Notes: generated from the sequence alone by a model not told the origin. Positions 8,229 through 17,892 are shown, counted from the first letter of the stretch. The stretch: 64,000 bases of DNA from an uncultured virus (IMG/VR IMGVR_UViG_3300047546_001556) (IMGVR_UViG_3300047546_001556); one strand, 5' to 3'. Program-made: numbers and translations.

Positions 8229-10478
8229 CTACACGACGTTGATGCCGTCGCCTTTGCTGGTGAGCATTTGCCGCGCACTGGTGCGGACTTGCAGCCGGGG
8301 GCGGTAGTGGAGCACCGTTTTGTTTTTGACGCGGGCGTTGGGGAGCGCTTCTGACTCGAGCACAGTCCCCACCAGCCGGTCCATGTACCGCCGCAGGGTG
8401 CGCTCGTTGAACTGAAGGTCCAGCAAGCTCATCCATTCGCTGGGGATGCGCCACTCGTCGTCGGTGACCCGGCGGAACGCGGCGCCAAGGGTTTCAAGTG
8501 GTGAGCTGTCGCCTTCGTTGGGGTTCATCCACTGCCAGATGCCGCTGTAGCCATCGCGGGTGACGTGCAGCTTGCGCCCCGCATAGCCGCCGCGGCTCTT
8601 CTCCACCAGCAGGTGGCGAGTCTTGTTGAACGACGGCGACGTTTTCTTCTGCTTGATGAGTTCGGGGTCGTAGTACACCCACATCTCTTCGCAGCTGGCC
8701 TTGATTTGCTCCGTGCCGCTGAACCGCAGGGGTTCGTCGCGGCTGGTGTGGTGCAGCACCATGAACGCCGCTTTGGGCCAGCTGATGCCGTTGTGGCGTA
8801 CCAGCAGGCGGATGGGGTCGGCGTACGCAGGGTCGCCGATCTTCACGCCATGCACCGCCATGGACGCAAGGCAGTCGCAGATCACCAGATCCGGCGTGAA
8901 CTCGCTCAGCGTCTGGACGATGGGGATCATGTCCTCAAACGTTGAACCAGATGAGATGCGCAGCCGGTCTGCGCACTCCTGAGGCTTGATGCCCTCAAGC
9001 ACGAGGTCGCGCACCATGTCCTCATCGCTGCAATCGCTGGTGAGGATCAGCACGCGGCCGGGGGCATTGATTCCGTGGCGGGTGTTGCCAACGTCCACCG
9101 GCTGGCCGTTGAGGATGCGCCCAGCCAGGAAGCACGCCAGCGTCGTTTTGCCGCTGTGACTGCCACCCGCCAATACATGCACGCGCCGGGGGAGCAAGCC
9201 GTCGAGCACATCTGATGCCACGTTGTCCGTGCGTCGAGCGTTGATGATTTCCTCCATGGTGCGGGGACCGCCGCTGCTCACCACGCCCAGGTACTGCTCC
9301 AGCCGCAGGCGGTACAGGTCCGAAGGGTCGACACCGAACTCCCGACGCGCCCGGCCTTCCCATGCCGCAAGCGCCGCGTGGTCGTGCGAGACCTCGTTCA
9401 TCTTGTGCAGCATCTTTTTGAGCCCATCGACGTGCAGCTGGGCCTGCTCAATCGGAGGCAGCGACCACGTCGGCCACTGGAAGCCGTTGTTGCGGGCAAA
9501 GTGGAACAGCGAACCGATGCGAGCGCGTTGGTCCTCCGCAACGCTGCTGCGCGTCAGCGATGCGATGGTCTTCTCGGCGTTGTTGTTCTGGCCCCAGTCG
9601 TTGCGGGTGTTCCACTCGCTGTCCTCGACGATGGCGGTCGCAATGTCTCCACCGAACTCGTCAATCAGCCCGCAGATGATGCGGCGTACCTTCTCGTAGG
9701 TGCCGCTGCCACGCCCATCGCGATTTGGGCAAAACTCGAGTGCTTCCTTGGCAAGCTGCAACTTCTCGTGCGTCTTTAGGCGCTCCCAGGGCGTGGGGTC
9801 GTCCTCGCCGGAGCGGCGGCGCTCCTCCGGGCTGTCGGGAATTTGTTCGTCGAACTTGGCAATGATCCCCAGCAGTAGCCACTCGGGTGCGTCGGCCCAC
9901 TGCACTTCAGCAGGTGAGTGGGCCTTCATCCACCGGTAGTACAGCGGGTGCTGGTGGGAGCTTTGGGGGTGGTCGCCGCAGATGACGGCATGGCGACCGG
10001 TGCCGGTGCCATTCATCCAGATGGCTTCGAGAACCACCTTGTCGTCGACTTTCCAGCTGGCGCTGCGGTTCTCGAGCTGGGGCCACCAGTGCGGAGGCAC
10101 GCGCAGAAACACCTTGCCGCGGCCTTTCTTGCCGCTCTCGTTGCACAGCGTGGCTGGCAACGTCTTGGGGCTGCGGTGGAAATGGTCGTGGAAGGCGCGT
10201 AGGGCCTGGGAGCCGGTGCCGTCGAAGTCCACGACCAGCAGACCGCCGCTTTCGGGCCCGGTGATGGCGCCTACCCCAATAAGTTTGCTGCTCTTCCACC
10301 GCTCGTACGGGGTAGGGGATTTGTTGACCCGCAACACGTCTTCAAGGGTGCGACCGGAGCCCTTGTGGTTCCAGCCCTCCTCGAAACACACCTTGCTGTC
10401 GTCGTTGCCGCCGGTGAGGGCGTAGCGCCAGTGAGGTGGGAGCCCTTCCAGCAGGGCGGTTTGATCATCGCGGAGCAT
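8229..10478 (-). CDS. Bifunctional primase-polymerase (prim-pol) with PriCT-like region and RecA/AAA helicase
   Basis: 'GVGAITGPESGGLLVVDFDG', 'GSLFHFARNNG', Walker A 'AGGSHSGKTT', 'LVICD', 'VLHHT'; ATG at 10478 preferred over the track start. Confidence 0.85.
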   Translation of the reverse strand: MLRDDQTALLEGLPPHWRYALTGGNDDSKVCFEEGWNHKGSGRTLEDVLRVNKSPTPYERWKSSKLIGVGAITGPESGGLLVVDFDGTGSQALRAFHDHFHRSPKTLPATLCNESGKKGRGKVFLRVPPHWWPQLENRSASWKVDDKVVLEAIWMNGTGTGRHAVICGDHPQSSHQHPLYYRWMKAHSPAEVQWADAPEWLLLGIIAKFDEQIPDSPEERRRSGEDDPTPWERLKTHEKLQLAKEALEFCPNRDGRGSGTYEKVRRIICGLIDEFGGDIATAIVEDSEWNTRNDWGQNNNAEKTIASLTRSSVAEDQRARIGSLFHFARNNGFQWPTWSLPPIEQAQLHVDGLKKMLHKMNEVSHDHAALAAWEGRARREFGVDPSDLYRLRLEQYLGVVSSGGPRTMEEIINARRTDNVASDVLDGLLPRRVHVLAGGSHSGKTTLACFLAGRILNGQPVDVGNTRHGINAPGRVLILTSDCSDEDMVRDLVLEGIKPQECADRLRISSGSTFEDMIPIVQTLSEFTPDLVICDCLASMAVHGVKIGDPAYADPIRLLVRHNGISWPKAAFMVLHHTSRDEPLRFSGTEQIKASCEEMWVYYDPELIKQKKTSPSFNKTRHLLVEKSRGGYAGRKLHVTRDGYSGIWQWMNPNEGDSSPLETLGAAFRRVTDDEWRIPSEWMSLLDLQFNERTLRRYMDRLVGTVLESEALPNARVKNKTVLHYRPRLQVRTSARQMLTSKGDGINVV

Positions 10479-10607
10479 CAGTTTGGTAACGCGGCCAGGG
10501 AGAACGTAGCGGTGCCTGGCCGTGTCCGGTAGGTTTTGCGCACACCTACCCAAACCGGTTTGAAACGCCTACTGTCCCGGTTGCGTTCACTGCTGACTCG
10601 CGCACCA

Positions 10608-10796
10608 ATGTTCAAGCAAACCTTTGCTCTAGCCCCGGAAGAGCGGCGCGATTTGATACACGAGATCCAGCTGGATACGTTCCGGCACTTGGATATGGAT
10701 GAAGTTCGTTGGGTCACGGCTTGGGCCCTGCTGCTGGCGGAGCGCAGCGATGACTGCATCCTGCGCATCTGGGAGGAGATCAATGGCCGACGTTGA
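10608..10796 (+). CDS. Small hypothetical protein
   Basis: ATG (MFKQTF), overlaps PolA start. Confidence 0.55.
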   Translation: MFKQTFALAPEERRDLIHEIQLDTFRHLDMDEVRWVTAWALLLAERSDDCILRIWEEINGRR

Positions 10797-12600
10797 TCTC
10801 GCGCTTCTAAACGACCTGGAGAGGTTCGGTAGTGCGTTTGCGCTCGATATGGAAACGGCGCTGATCCCGCTGTGCTGGCAGGGGCGGGGGCAGCAGCGCC
10901 TGCTCCAGCTGCACAACGATCAGTACAGCAAGTGGTACGACCTGGCGTTGTGGGGCGACCCCCAGTGGGAGGCGCTGCGCATCTTCCTTGAGCAGCCGGG
11001 GCTGGAGGTGTACGGGCACAATCTCGCGTTCGACATCAAGTGCTTGATGGCGTCAGGGGTTGAGGTGCGCGGGAATCTGTACGACACGATGGTTGCCTCG
11101 CGCCTGATCAATCAGGGGCAGGCCAACGTCAAGCACTCGCTCGGCGATGTGGCGCGACGGGTGCTGGGCAAGGTGATGGATAAGTCGCTCCAGGCGCAGG
11201 ATTGGATGGCGGCGGAGCTCAGCGAGGCGGACCTCAAGTACGCCATGGAAGACGTGCGGGTGACGTGGGAATGCGCCCACTCGCTGCACGCACAGATCTA
11301 CGAACAGGGCTTGCTGGAGACGTACCGCCTTGAGACCGCGCTGATTCCGGTGGTGGCGAGGATGGAACTCAAGGGCATGTACGTCGACACCGAGCAGCTC
11401 AAGTCAGCTCGCGAGTTCTACAGCGCCAACAAGACCGAGGGTGTGGCGTTTTATGTGTCCCTGCTGGATGAGCAGCTCAAGGAGCGGGGGCATGAGGGTC
11501 TACCGCGTTTGGCATCCGGTGAGGTGAACCTGAACGCCAAGGCCACCGGCAAAGTGCGCGACGGCACGAAAGTGCCAGCGGGTTTCAACATGGCGTCGCC
11601 CCGGCAACATGCGGCGTTCTGGGGCGAACTCGGAATCATCCCAAAGGACGCTGCCGGGAAGGTTTCGCTCGACAAGAAGAACCTCGCGACGTACCGCCAT
11701 CACGAGATTGTGCGGGCGTATGAGTTCTACAAGAAGGCGGAGAAGCGCTCCACCATGGCAGAGAAACTGCTGGAGCATGTTGGCGCAGATCAGCGCATAC
11801 ATGCACAGTTCATGCCACTCCAGACGGCTACGGGTCGCTTCAGCGCCAGCAATCCCAACTTACAGCAGATACCGCGCGACCCTGAGTTCCGCAACGCATT
11901 CACTGCGCCGGATGGCTATGTGTTGGTGCAGGCGGATTACAGCGCGATGGAACTGCGCTATTTGGCCGCAGTGGCTAAGTGCAAGCCGATGCTGGATGCG
12001 TTTAACAGCGGGGCTGATTTACACACCCGCACCGCTGCGTTGATGTACGGCATCAGCGACGACAAGGTCGAGAAGTCCCAGCGCAGCGCTGCCAAGGCGT
12101 GCAACTTCGGGTTGGCGTATTCGAGTGCGCCGGGCGGGCTGCAGTCTTACTTTGCGACGCTCGGGCTCTACATCTCGATGAAAGAAGCCCGGGAGTTTTA
12201 CAACATGTGGCATACCGCTTACCCAGAAGTGGGTATTTGGCACCGCTGGTGTCAGCAGCAGGTCGACATCGGCAACCCAGTGCGCACCGCGATAGGCAGG
12301 CGCCGAGCGCTATACGGCGACGAGAACCGCGTCCAGATCTACGCCAACAACACGATCCAGGGCGGGTGCGCGGACATCATGAAGGCAGCGCTGATCTCGA
12401 TTCACCAGCAGCTACCCGTCGGCGCGTCGCTGGTGGCCTGCGTTCACGACGAGGTTTTATGCGAATGCTGTATAGACCAGGCGGACGAGGTGCTCGGCCT
12501 CGTAATAGGGGAGATGCAAGATGCTGCTGTGCCCATCGTGTCTGATGCAGTCGTGATGAAGGCCGAAGGTGGAGTCGTGCGCAGCTGGGGCGAAAAGTGA
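10783..12600 (+). CDS. polA: Family A DNA polymerase with 3'-5' exonuclease
   Basis: Exo 'LDMET', 'GHNLAFD', 'YAMED'; 'TATGRFSASNPNLQQIPR', motif A 'ADYSAMELR', motif B 'RSAAKACNFGLAY', motif C 'VHDE'; GGAGG RBS before ATG 10783. Confidence 0.95.
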   Translation: MADVDLALLNDLERFGSAFALDMETALIPLCWQGRGQQRLLQLHNDQYSKWYDLALWGDPQWEALRIFLEQPGLEVYGHNLAFDIKCLMASGVEVRGNLYDTMVASRLINQGQANVKHSLGDVARRVLGKVMDKSLQAQDWMAAELSEADLKYAMEDVRVTWECAHSLHAQIYEQGLLETYRLETALIPVVARMELKGMYVDTEQLKSAREFYSANKTEGVAFYVSLLDEQLKERGHEGLPRLASGEVNLNAKATGKVRDGTKVPAGFNMASPRQHAAFWGELGIIPKDAAGKVSLDKKNLATYRHHEIVRAYEFYKKAEKRSTMAEKLLEHVGADQRIHAQFMPLQTATGRFSASNPNLQQIPRDPEFRNAFTAPDGYVLVQADYSAMELRYLAAVAKCKPMLDAFNSGADLHTRTAALMYGISDDKVEKSQRSAAKACNFGLAYSSAPGGLQSYFATLGLYISMKEAREFYNMWHTAYPEVGIWHRWCQQQVDIGNPVRTAIGRRRALYGDENRVQIYANNTIQGGCADIMKAALISIHQQLPVGASLVACVHDEVLCECCIDQADEVLGLVIGEMQDAAVPIVSDAVVMKAEGGVVRSWGEK

Positions 12601-12648
12601 ACGACGAGCGGCTTCGAGAACTGCTGCAGATTGCAGCAGACCGCTACA

Positions 12649-13944
12649 TCAGAGGCGAAGCACCACGCTCGCCACTGCCTGGTGATCGATACGCACCTGC
12701 TCCACCAGCATCAAATACAGCTCCCGCAGCTGATCGTCGTCCAGCTGGCTCCAAACAGCGGGGTCCGCAAACACGTCCAGCAGCTGAGGGTCAGGGCCGA
12801 CTTGCTGCTGGAGTGCGGCAAGCCGCTCGCGTTTGATCGCGATGGCGGGCTCCAGGTCAGGGTCCGCCAACGCCTCCAGCTCGGCGATCTTGGTGCGCAG
12901 CTCCAGCACCTCCGGCTTCTCGGCGGTCACCCGCTGGGCGAGTGCCTCGTTGCGCTCAGACAGCGCTACGTTAATCGCTTCGCGCACCACATCTTCTCGC
13001 GTGCTTTTGTAGCGCTGCGAACATTCACGGCTCTTACATATAACGCTGGAGATGGTGCGGCTGCCGGCGTAGGTCATCTTGCGGCCGCACCCTGCGCATA
13101 CACAAAGACCTGTAAGTAGGCGCGGCTTGACCTGGGCGCTATGGCCCCAACGCCTGCGGTTGTCCTGGAGTTGCCTCTCCATGATTAAAAAGTTGCTGTG
13201 GGACAGCAGAGGCTGGTGGGTATCCCAGACAATCTCCTTGTAGGTGTTATCGCTGCTCTTCAAATAGCCCAGACCACCTCTTAACACGGGATTTAGCAGC
13301 CATGCCTTAACAGCACGGCAGGAGCTGAGGGGGATTGGCCCCAGTTCCATCGCGTGCCACTTGTCTAGGGCCGTATTCATCCGCCAGTCGCACCTCTTAC
13401 AAAGCTCAAGAAAGCGGCTAGCGCGGGGAAATTCAATGGGGTCTGGCTCCAACGCGCTTTTATCGGCGTTGACGCGGTAGCCCCAGCAGACCTTGCCGCG
13501 CAGCGGGCGGGCGCGTTTGCGGCCCTCGGAGTAGCCGGCACGTACTCGCATCGACAGCATGCGGCTCTCCATCTCCGCCATGGACGTGGCGATGCGCGAG
13601 AGCAGGAAGCCCTGGGGTGTCTGGGCGTCGACGGTGCCGCCGTCTAGGCAGGTGATGGTGACGCCGCGCTTGGCAGCAATGGCGATCAGCGCGTCGGTCG
13701 CAGCCGCGTCCCGGCCCAGGCGGTCGATGCGGGTACAGACCACCTCTGTGATCTGGCGCGTGTCAATGAGATGCAGAAGTTCGAGGTAGCCGGGGCGCTC
13801 CTGTGAGAGCCCGCTCTCCACGTCTTCGATGAGGCGATCAACCCCTGTGCTGGCAATGCGTGAGCGCTGGTTCTGCAGCGCAGAGAGCTGCTCTTCCGTG
13901 TCTGTCGACACCCGCAGGTAGCCAATGCGCAGGGCTTGTCCCAT
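12649..13944 (-). CDS. Large serine recombinase (integrase)
   Basis: 'YLRVST' catalytic Ser, 'RIDRLGRD', recombinase domain, 'LLTGLCVCAGCG...C...C' zinc ribbon, coiled coil. Confidence 0.95.
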   Translation of the reverse strand: MGQALRIGYLRVSTDTEEQLSALQNQRSRIASTGVDRLIEDVESGLSQERPGYLELLHLIDTRQITEVVCTRIDRLGRDAAATDALIAIAAKRGVTITCLDGGTVDAQTPQGFLLSRIATSMAEMESRMLSMRVRAGYSEGRKRARPLRGKVCWGYRVNADKSALEPDPIEFPRASRFLELCKRCDWRMNTALDKWHAMELGPIPLSSCRAVKAWLLNPVLRGGLGYLKSSDNTYKEIVWDTHQPLLSHSNFLIMERQLQDNRRRWGHSAQVKPRLLTGLCVCAGCGRKMTYAGSRTISSVICKSRECSQRYKSTREDVVREAINVALSERNEALAQRVTAEKPEVLELRTKIAELEALADPDLEPAIAIKRERLAALQQQVGPDPQLLDVFADPAVWSQLDDDQLRELYLMLVEQVRIDHQAVASVVLRL

Positions 13945-14017
13945 GGGACTGACGCTATATGGGGTTGACTTCCTGTGGGGAACAGATACTCTCTGCCTGT
14001 CCTTACAGGAACGACCG

Positions 14018-14238
14018 TGACTTCCCTTGCGCCACGGCGCATCTCAGCGTTGGCTGAGGATTGTGTGCAGGAGGCTGCAGCGTTGGTGCAGCTCCTCAAC
14101 CGCATCTCAGATGCGGACCACCAGCTGTCTGATGAGTTCACCCAGCAGGAGCTGACGACCGCGATTCGCGCCACCCGTAATGCCATCAACGGCATCAAGC
14201 AGGTGGTACTCGCGGAGGTTCGGAGGCATGGGCTGTGA
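14018..14238 (+). CDS. Hypothetical protein (helical)
   Basis: GTG after AGGA RBS; overlaps next start. Confidence 0.5.
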
Positions 14239-14477
14239 GCGCCGATCAGATGGTCGACCACCCGCCCCACTACACCCAGGGCGGGATTGAGTGCATCGAG
14301 GCGATCAGGGCAGCGCTGACTCCTGACGAGTACCGGGGCTACCTAAAAGGTCAGATCTTTAAGTACGCCTGGCGTGAGCGCCATCGCAACCGCCTTCAGG
14401 ACGTTCGCAAGCTGACTTGGTACGCCAACGAGCTGATCGCGCACTTGGAGAAGACGCTCAAGGTGCTGGAGAAGTGA
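14235..14477 (+). CDS. DUF3310-family protein
   Basis: 'VDHPPHYTQGGIECIEAI...GYLKGQIFKYAWR...QDVRK'. Confidence 0.85.
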   Translation: MSADQMVDHPPHYTQGGIECIEAIRAALTPDEYRGYLKGQIFKYAWRERHRNRLQDVRKLTWYANELIAHLEKTLKVLEK

Positions 14478-14671
14478 TGAAGGCTTCTCCTTATCAGCAG
14501 CTCTACGCCGCCGGCGACATGAGCCTTCTGGATGTAGTGAACCTCGCCAAGTGCGCAGCAGATCGAGCGCGCTCTTGCGCAGGTCAGCCGGGCCAGCGCT
14601 TCATGCGTGAGTACAAGTCCGCGCTTCTGTGGTCGACTGTGGCCGCAACTTACAAACTCTCCTCTTACTGA
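14477..14671 (+). CDS. Hypothetical protein
   Basis: TGATG coupling at both ends (MKASPY...). Confidence 0.55.
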   Translation: MKASPYQQLYAAGDMSLLDVVNLAKCAADRARSCAGQPGQRFMREYKSALLWSTVAATYKLSSY

Positions 14672-14871
14672 TGTCTAACAATGATTTGCGCCCGTGGAAC
14701 GGGCCGCTTTACGCGGCGGATTGTGACCCCCGCGTGCAGCAAAAAGTCCAGGATCGACTGGATGAGTGGTATGTACGTGATGGCCGGTATCGGCCTGACC
14801 ACCCTTATCACTCGTCTTACACCGGTCTTGCTGCCAAGTACGCCTCTGAGGACACCACCGATGACAACTGA
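14671..14871 (+). CDS. Hypothetical protein
   Basis: 'LDEWYVRDGRYRPDHPYHSSYTGL'; coupled start. Confidence 0.6.
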   Translation: MSNNDLRPWNGPLYAADCDPRVQQKVQDRLDEWYVRDGRYRPDHPYHSSYTGLAAKYASEDTTDDN

Positions 14872-15025
14872 ACAGCTGTTTCTTCAGTGGTGGGCTGAGT
14901 CGTACCCCAATACAAAGGCCGCTCCTCACACCGTGATGAGTCACGTCGCATTTGCTGAGTACGTCGACTCCGTGTGCACAAAAGTTGTGCTGGACGCATT
15001 AAGCCGAGCTGGGGCTGAGCAGTGA
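14861..15025 (+). CDS. Small hypothetical protein
   Basis: GAGGA RBS, 'MTTEQLFLQWWAESYP...HVAFAEY'. Confidence 0.6.
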   Translation: MTTEQLFLQWWAESYPNTKAAPHTVMSHVAFAEYVDSVCTKVVLDALSRAGAEQ

Positions 15026-15036
15026 GGTAGGGCGTC

Positions 15037-15375
15037 GTGATCTGCCCCCAATGCACGGGTAAGTACAGCCGCCCTGGCCAGCCCAAACACGACGCACCGG
15101 ACAGCATCCTCCGCTGGCGGGACTGCAAACACTGCGGTCACCGCTGGTGGACGGTGGAAATTGCGCTCCCGAAAGACGCTATCCAGTGGATTTCGCGTGA
15201 GCAGCCGGTGCGCCGACCCAATTACCAACGTGTCCGCTTCTCCAACAATGAAAGTAACTCTGGTGCATCGAACCGATGGCGCCGAGGCGCTTACGGCCTA
15301 CATGGCACGGGTGAGCAACCCCAGCAATCAGAACAACGACAAGACGGCACCCCGCCTGATCAAGTACCTGATTGA
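15037..15375 (+). CDS. NrdR-like zinc-ribbon protein
   Basis: 'CPQC...ILRWRDCKHCGHRWWTVE'; 3' part overlaps thyX. Confidence 0.65.
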   Translation: MICPQCTGKYSRPGQPKHDAPDSILRWRDCKHCGHRWWTVEIALPKDAIQWISREQPVRRPNYQRVRFSNNESNSGASNRWRRGAYGLHGTGEQPQQSEQRQDGTPPDQVPD

Positions 15376-15874
15376 GCACCAGCACTGGAGCCCATTTGAA
15401 ATGTGCTCAATGTGCGTGAAGATTGAGACCGAGCGCGACATCGCCGCCCAGCTCCTTCGCCACCGCAGCTTCTCGTTCCAGGAGTTCTCAACGCGCTACG
15501 CCCGCACCTCCATCGCTGAGATACCGCACTTCCGGCGCCAAGACGCCAAGAACCGCCAAAACTCCCTCGACGATCTGACGCCCGAGGACCAGGAGCAGCT
15601 GGGGCGGGACGCCGGTGAGGTGATCACCAAGGCGTATGGCCTCTACTACGCAATGGTGGAGCAAGGCATCGCGCGGGAGTGCGCTCGGCGGATCCTGCCG
15701 CTCTGCACGCCAACCGTGCTGTTCATGCACGGCAACTTGCGCTCGTGGATTCACTACATCCAAGTGCGCACTGACCCCGGCACCCAGCTGGAGCACCGCG
15801 AAATTGCTGAGCAGTGCAAGCAGGTGTTCGCAGCGCAGTTCCCTGTGATCGCGGAGGCGGCGTTCGGCGCATGA
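15248..15874 (+). CDS. thyX: Flavin-dependent thymidylate synthase
   Basis: Signature 'RHRSFSFQEFSTRY', 'HWSPFE', 'ECARRILP', 'TQLEHR'; ATG at 15248. Confidence 0.95.
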   Translation: MKVTLVHRTDGAEALTAYMARVSNPSNQNNDKTAPRLIKYLIEHQHWSPFEMCSMCVKIETERDIAAQLLRHRSFSFQEFSTRYARTSIAEIPHFRRQDAKNRQNSLDDLTPEDQEQLGRDAGEVITKAYGLYYAMVEQGIARECARRILPLCTPTVLFMHGNLRSWIHYIQVRTDPGTQLEHREIAEQCKQVFAAQFPVIAEAAFGA

Positions 15875-16074
15875 CGCTATCGCAATACCATAGTGCCTAC
15901 GCGCTTGGGGGAGTTGAGGGCGTTCTGCTGGAGCTGATTGAAGAGGCGCAGCGCTACGCCGCCCAGCAACACCCTGCGGTCGACAACAGATCCCTCTACG
16001 CCTTTGCCGCTGACTTGAAGTACCGCGTCAGAGCGTCGGAAACCTTGACAAACACCAAAAACAATGAAATTTGA
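15871..16074 (+). CDS. Hypothetical protein
   Basis: ATGA overlap with thyX stop. Confidence 0.5.
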   Translation: MTLSQYHSAYALGGVEGVLLELIEEAQRYAAQQHPAVDNRSLYAFAADLKYRVRASETLTNTKNNEI

Positions 16075-17077
16075 TCACAGCTTTGGGGACTTTTTGAACG
16101 AGCTGGGGCGATACCCCCTGCTTACTGTTGATCAGGAGGTGCTGCTGGCGCGGCAGGTGCAGCGGATGATTGAGCTGCAAGAGCAGCAAGCCGAGGGGCG
16201 GGCCCTTACGCCTAAAGAACGCAAGGAGTTGCGTATTGGCATGCGAGCTAAAGAGCAAATGATTAACTGCAACCTACGGATGGTTGTCTCTATCGCCAAA
16301 AAGTACCTCAAGCGTGTGGGGCATTTGACGATGATGGATCTGGTGCAAGAGGGTGTTATCGGTTTAATGCGGGGTGTGGAGAAGTTTGACCCTGCCCGAG
16401 GCTACAAGTTCTCCACCTACGCCTATTGGTGGATTCGGCAGGGGATGAACCGCGCTGTTAATCAGCAGGACCACACGATTCGGATGCCGAACCCTGTCGC
16501 GGAGAAGTACCCGAAGCTCAAAGCAACGACGCAACGGCTGTGTCAGGAGCTGGGGAGGGTGCCGTCGAAACAGGAGCTGGCAGACGCGATGGAGATGAGC
16601 GTTGAGCAGATGTGGCTCATGTTTGAACGTGCGGCTACACCCTGCTCACTCGACGCGATCTACCACGATGAGGGTAGTCCGCTGATTGATCTGATCCCTG
16701 ACACCAGCACCGAAGACGAGGATGGACTGTTCTTTATGGATGATCGCTGGAGGCTTGACATTGCAATGGCCAAGCTTTCGGAGAAGGAGCGCTATGTCGT
16801 CGAGGCGCGGCATGAGCTCACCGGCAAGGCGCCTAAGTCCTACCAATCGTTGGCTGCAGAGATTGGCGTGTCGCGCGAGCGGGTGCGGCAGATAGAAATG
16901 AAGGCTTTGCGCAGGCTGAAGTATTACATGACAAGCATCTCGCCTTTAAGTAATTCCAAGGCTGTCGCAAACCTCGCGGGCCATAGCAAGGAAAGCCTCG
17001 GACTCATGGGCCTCCGCAGTCGCGCCCAGAAAAACAACAAGCTCCAACTCGCTAATGCGGGCAATGGCGTTGCTTAA
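16064..17077 (+). CDS. RpoD/SigA-family (cyanobacterial group 2-like) sigma factor
   Basis: 'GRYPLLT..QE', 'NLRMVVSIAKKY', 'DLVQEG', 'KFDPARGYKFSTYAYWWIRQ', region 4 'GVSRERVRQIE'. Confidence 0.95.
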   Translation: MKFDHSFGDFLNELGRYPLLTVDQEVLLARQVQRMIELQEQQAEGRALTPKERKELRIGMRAKEQMINCNLRMVVSIAKKYLKRVGHLTMMDLVQEGVIGLMRGVEKFDPARGYKFSTYAYWWIRQGMNRAVNQQDHTIRMPNPVAEKYPKLKATTQRLCQELGRVPSKQELADAMEMSVEQMWLMFERAATPCSLDAIYHDEGSPLIDLIPDTSTEDEDGLFFMDDRWRLDIAMAKLSEKERYVVEARHELTGKAPKSYQSLAAEIGVSRERVRQIEMKALRRLKYYMTSISPLSNSKAVANLAGHSKESLGLMGLRSRAQKNNKLQLANAGNGVA

Positions 17078-17248
17078 GAGTTGTTGCTGGTGGTAGTTCT
17101 GCCGCATCAGCCCCGCGCACAAATCGCGCACTCTGGATACATCGGGGTGCGCGGCGACTTCTCGGATCGCCCTCTCTAGCTTGAGTTCTTCGTTTAAAGG
17201 TATTTCGTAGACCATCCAGCTGGAAGGTCTGTGGTCGCTGGTGCTCAT
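16946..17248 (-). CDS. Hypothetical protein
   Basis: 'WMVYEIPLNEELKLE...LMRQNYHQQQLLSNAIARISELE'; convergent with and overlapping the sigma gene tail. Confidence 0.6.
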   Translation of the reverse strand: MSTSDHRPSSWMVYEIPLNEELKLERAIREVAAHPDVSRVRDLCAGLMRQNYHQQQLLSNAIARISELELVVFLGATAEAHESEAFLAMAREVCDSLGIT

Positions 17249-17269
17249 AGCAACCTAGGCGTACAGACC

Positions 17270-17491
17270 ATGCTAGTGACCCTATCTATGGAACCCTCGA
17301 TGCGCCGGGTTGCTGATGGCAGGGGTGGGGAGTTTTGGGTGGTTGAAGGGCTTGGGATGACCTTTATCCATCGTCAACAGTGGCAAGCAGAAGTGAAGCT
17401 GCACTATCTGCAAAGCAGTGTTGGTGTATCCATAGAAGAAGGTCTGCCTCGCGGTCTGGACTCCACTGGGGCTGCAGACGAAACCAGCTGA
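17270..17491 (+). CDS. Hypothetical protein
   Basis: ATG downstream of a GCAACCTAG motif; 'FWVVEGLGMTFIHRQQWQA'. Confidence 0.45.
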   Translation: MLVTLSMEPSMRRVADGRGGEFWVVEGLGMTFIHRQQWQAEVKLHYLQSSVGVSIEEGLPRGLDSTGAADETS

Positions 17492-17720
17492 ACACTTCGT
17501 TGCTGCCTTTAAGGCGGTTGCAGTCAGGGCACGCCGGCGCCAGGTTCGCGGTTGTAGTGTTGCCTCCGCGGGAACGCGGTTTGATGTGATCCAGCGTGGT
17601 GGCGTTCGCTGAGCCGCAATATGCGCAGCGGTGATGCCACGCTTGGAAGATGTGGTCGCGGAAACGCCGTTTAGCGTCACGCTTGTGCAACAGGTGGGTG
17701 TCCGCTATCCGGTGATCCAC
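17364..17720 (-). CDS. HNH endonuclease
   Basis: 'CAYCG...TLDHIKPRSRGG..NLAPACPDCNRLK'; likely GTG start (VDHRI). Confidence 0.85.
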   Translation of the reverse strand: MDHRIADTHLLHKRDAKRRFRDHIFQAWHHRCAYCGSANATTLDHIKPRSRGGNTTTANLAPACPDCNRLKGSNEVFSWFRLQPQWSPDREADLLLWIHQHCFADSAASLLLATVDDG

Positions 17721-17892
17721 TTGATGACGAGGGCGGCAAGGGGCAGGGCATGACCTCAAGCCGTAGGAGGTGGTCTTCCGAATAGGCCAGCTCTGCGCAT
17801 TGGGCGTAGATGTTCTCGGCGACGTTCTGGGGGTCTTCGGTGGACTCGACGACGATCTGCATCCGGATGTCGACGATGTACTGCGTCTTCAT
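17677..17892 (-). CDS. Hypothetical protein
   Basis: ATGA overlap with the endolysin stop (MKTQYIVDIR...). Confidence 0.55.
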   Translation of the reverse strand: MKTQYIVDIRMQIVVESTEDPQNVAENIYAQCAELAYSEDHLLRLEVMPCPLPPSSSSGSPDSGHPPVAQA

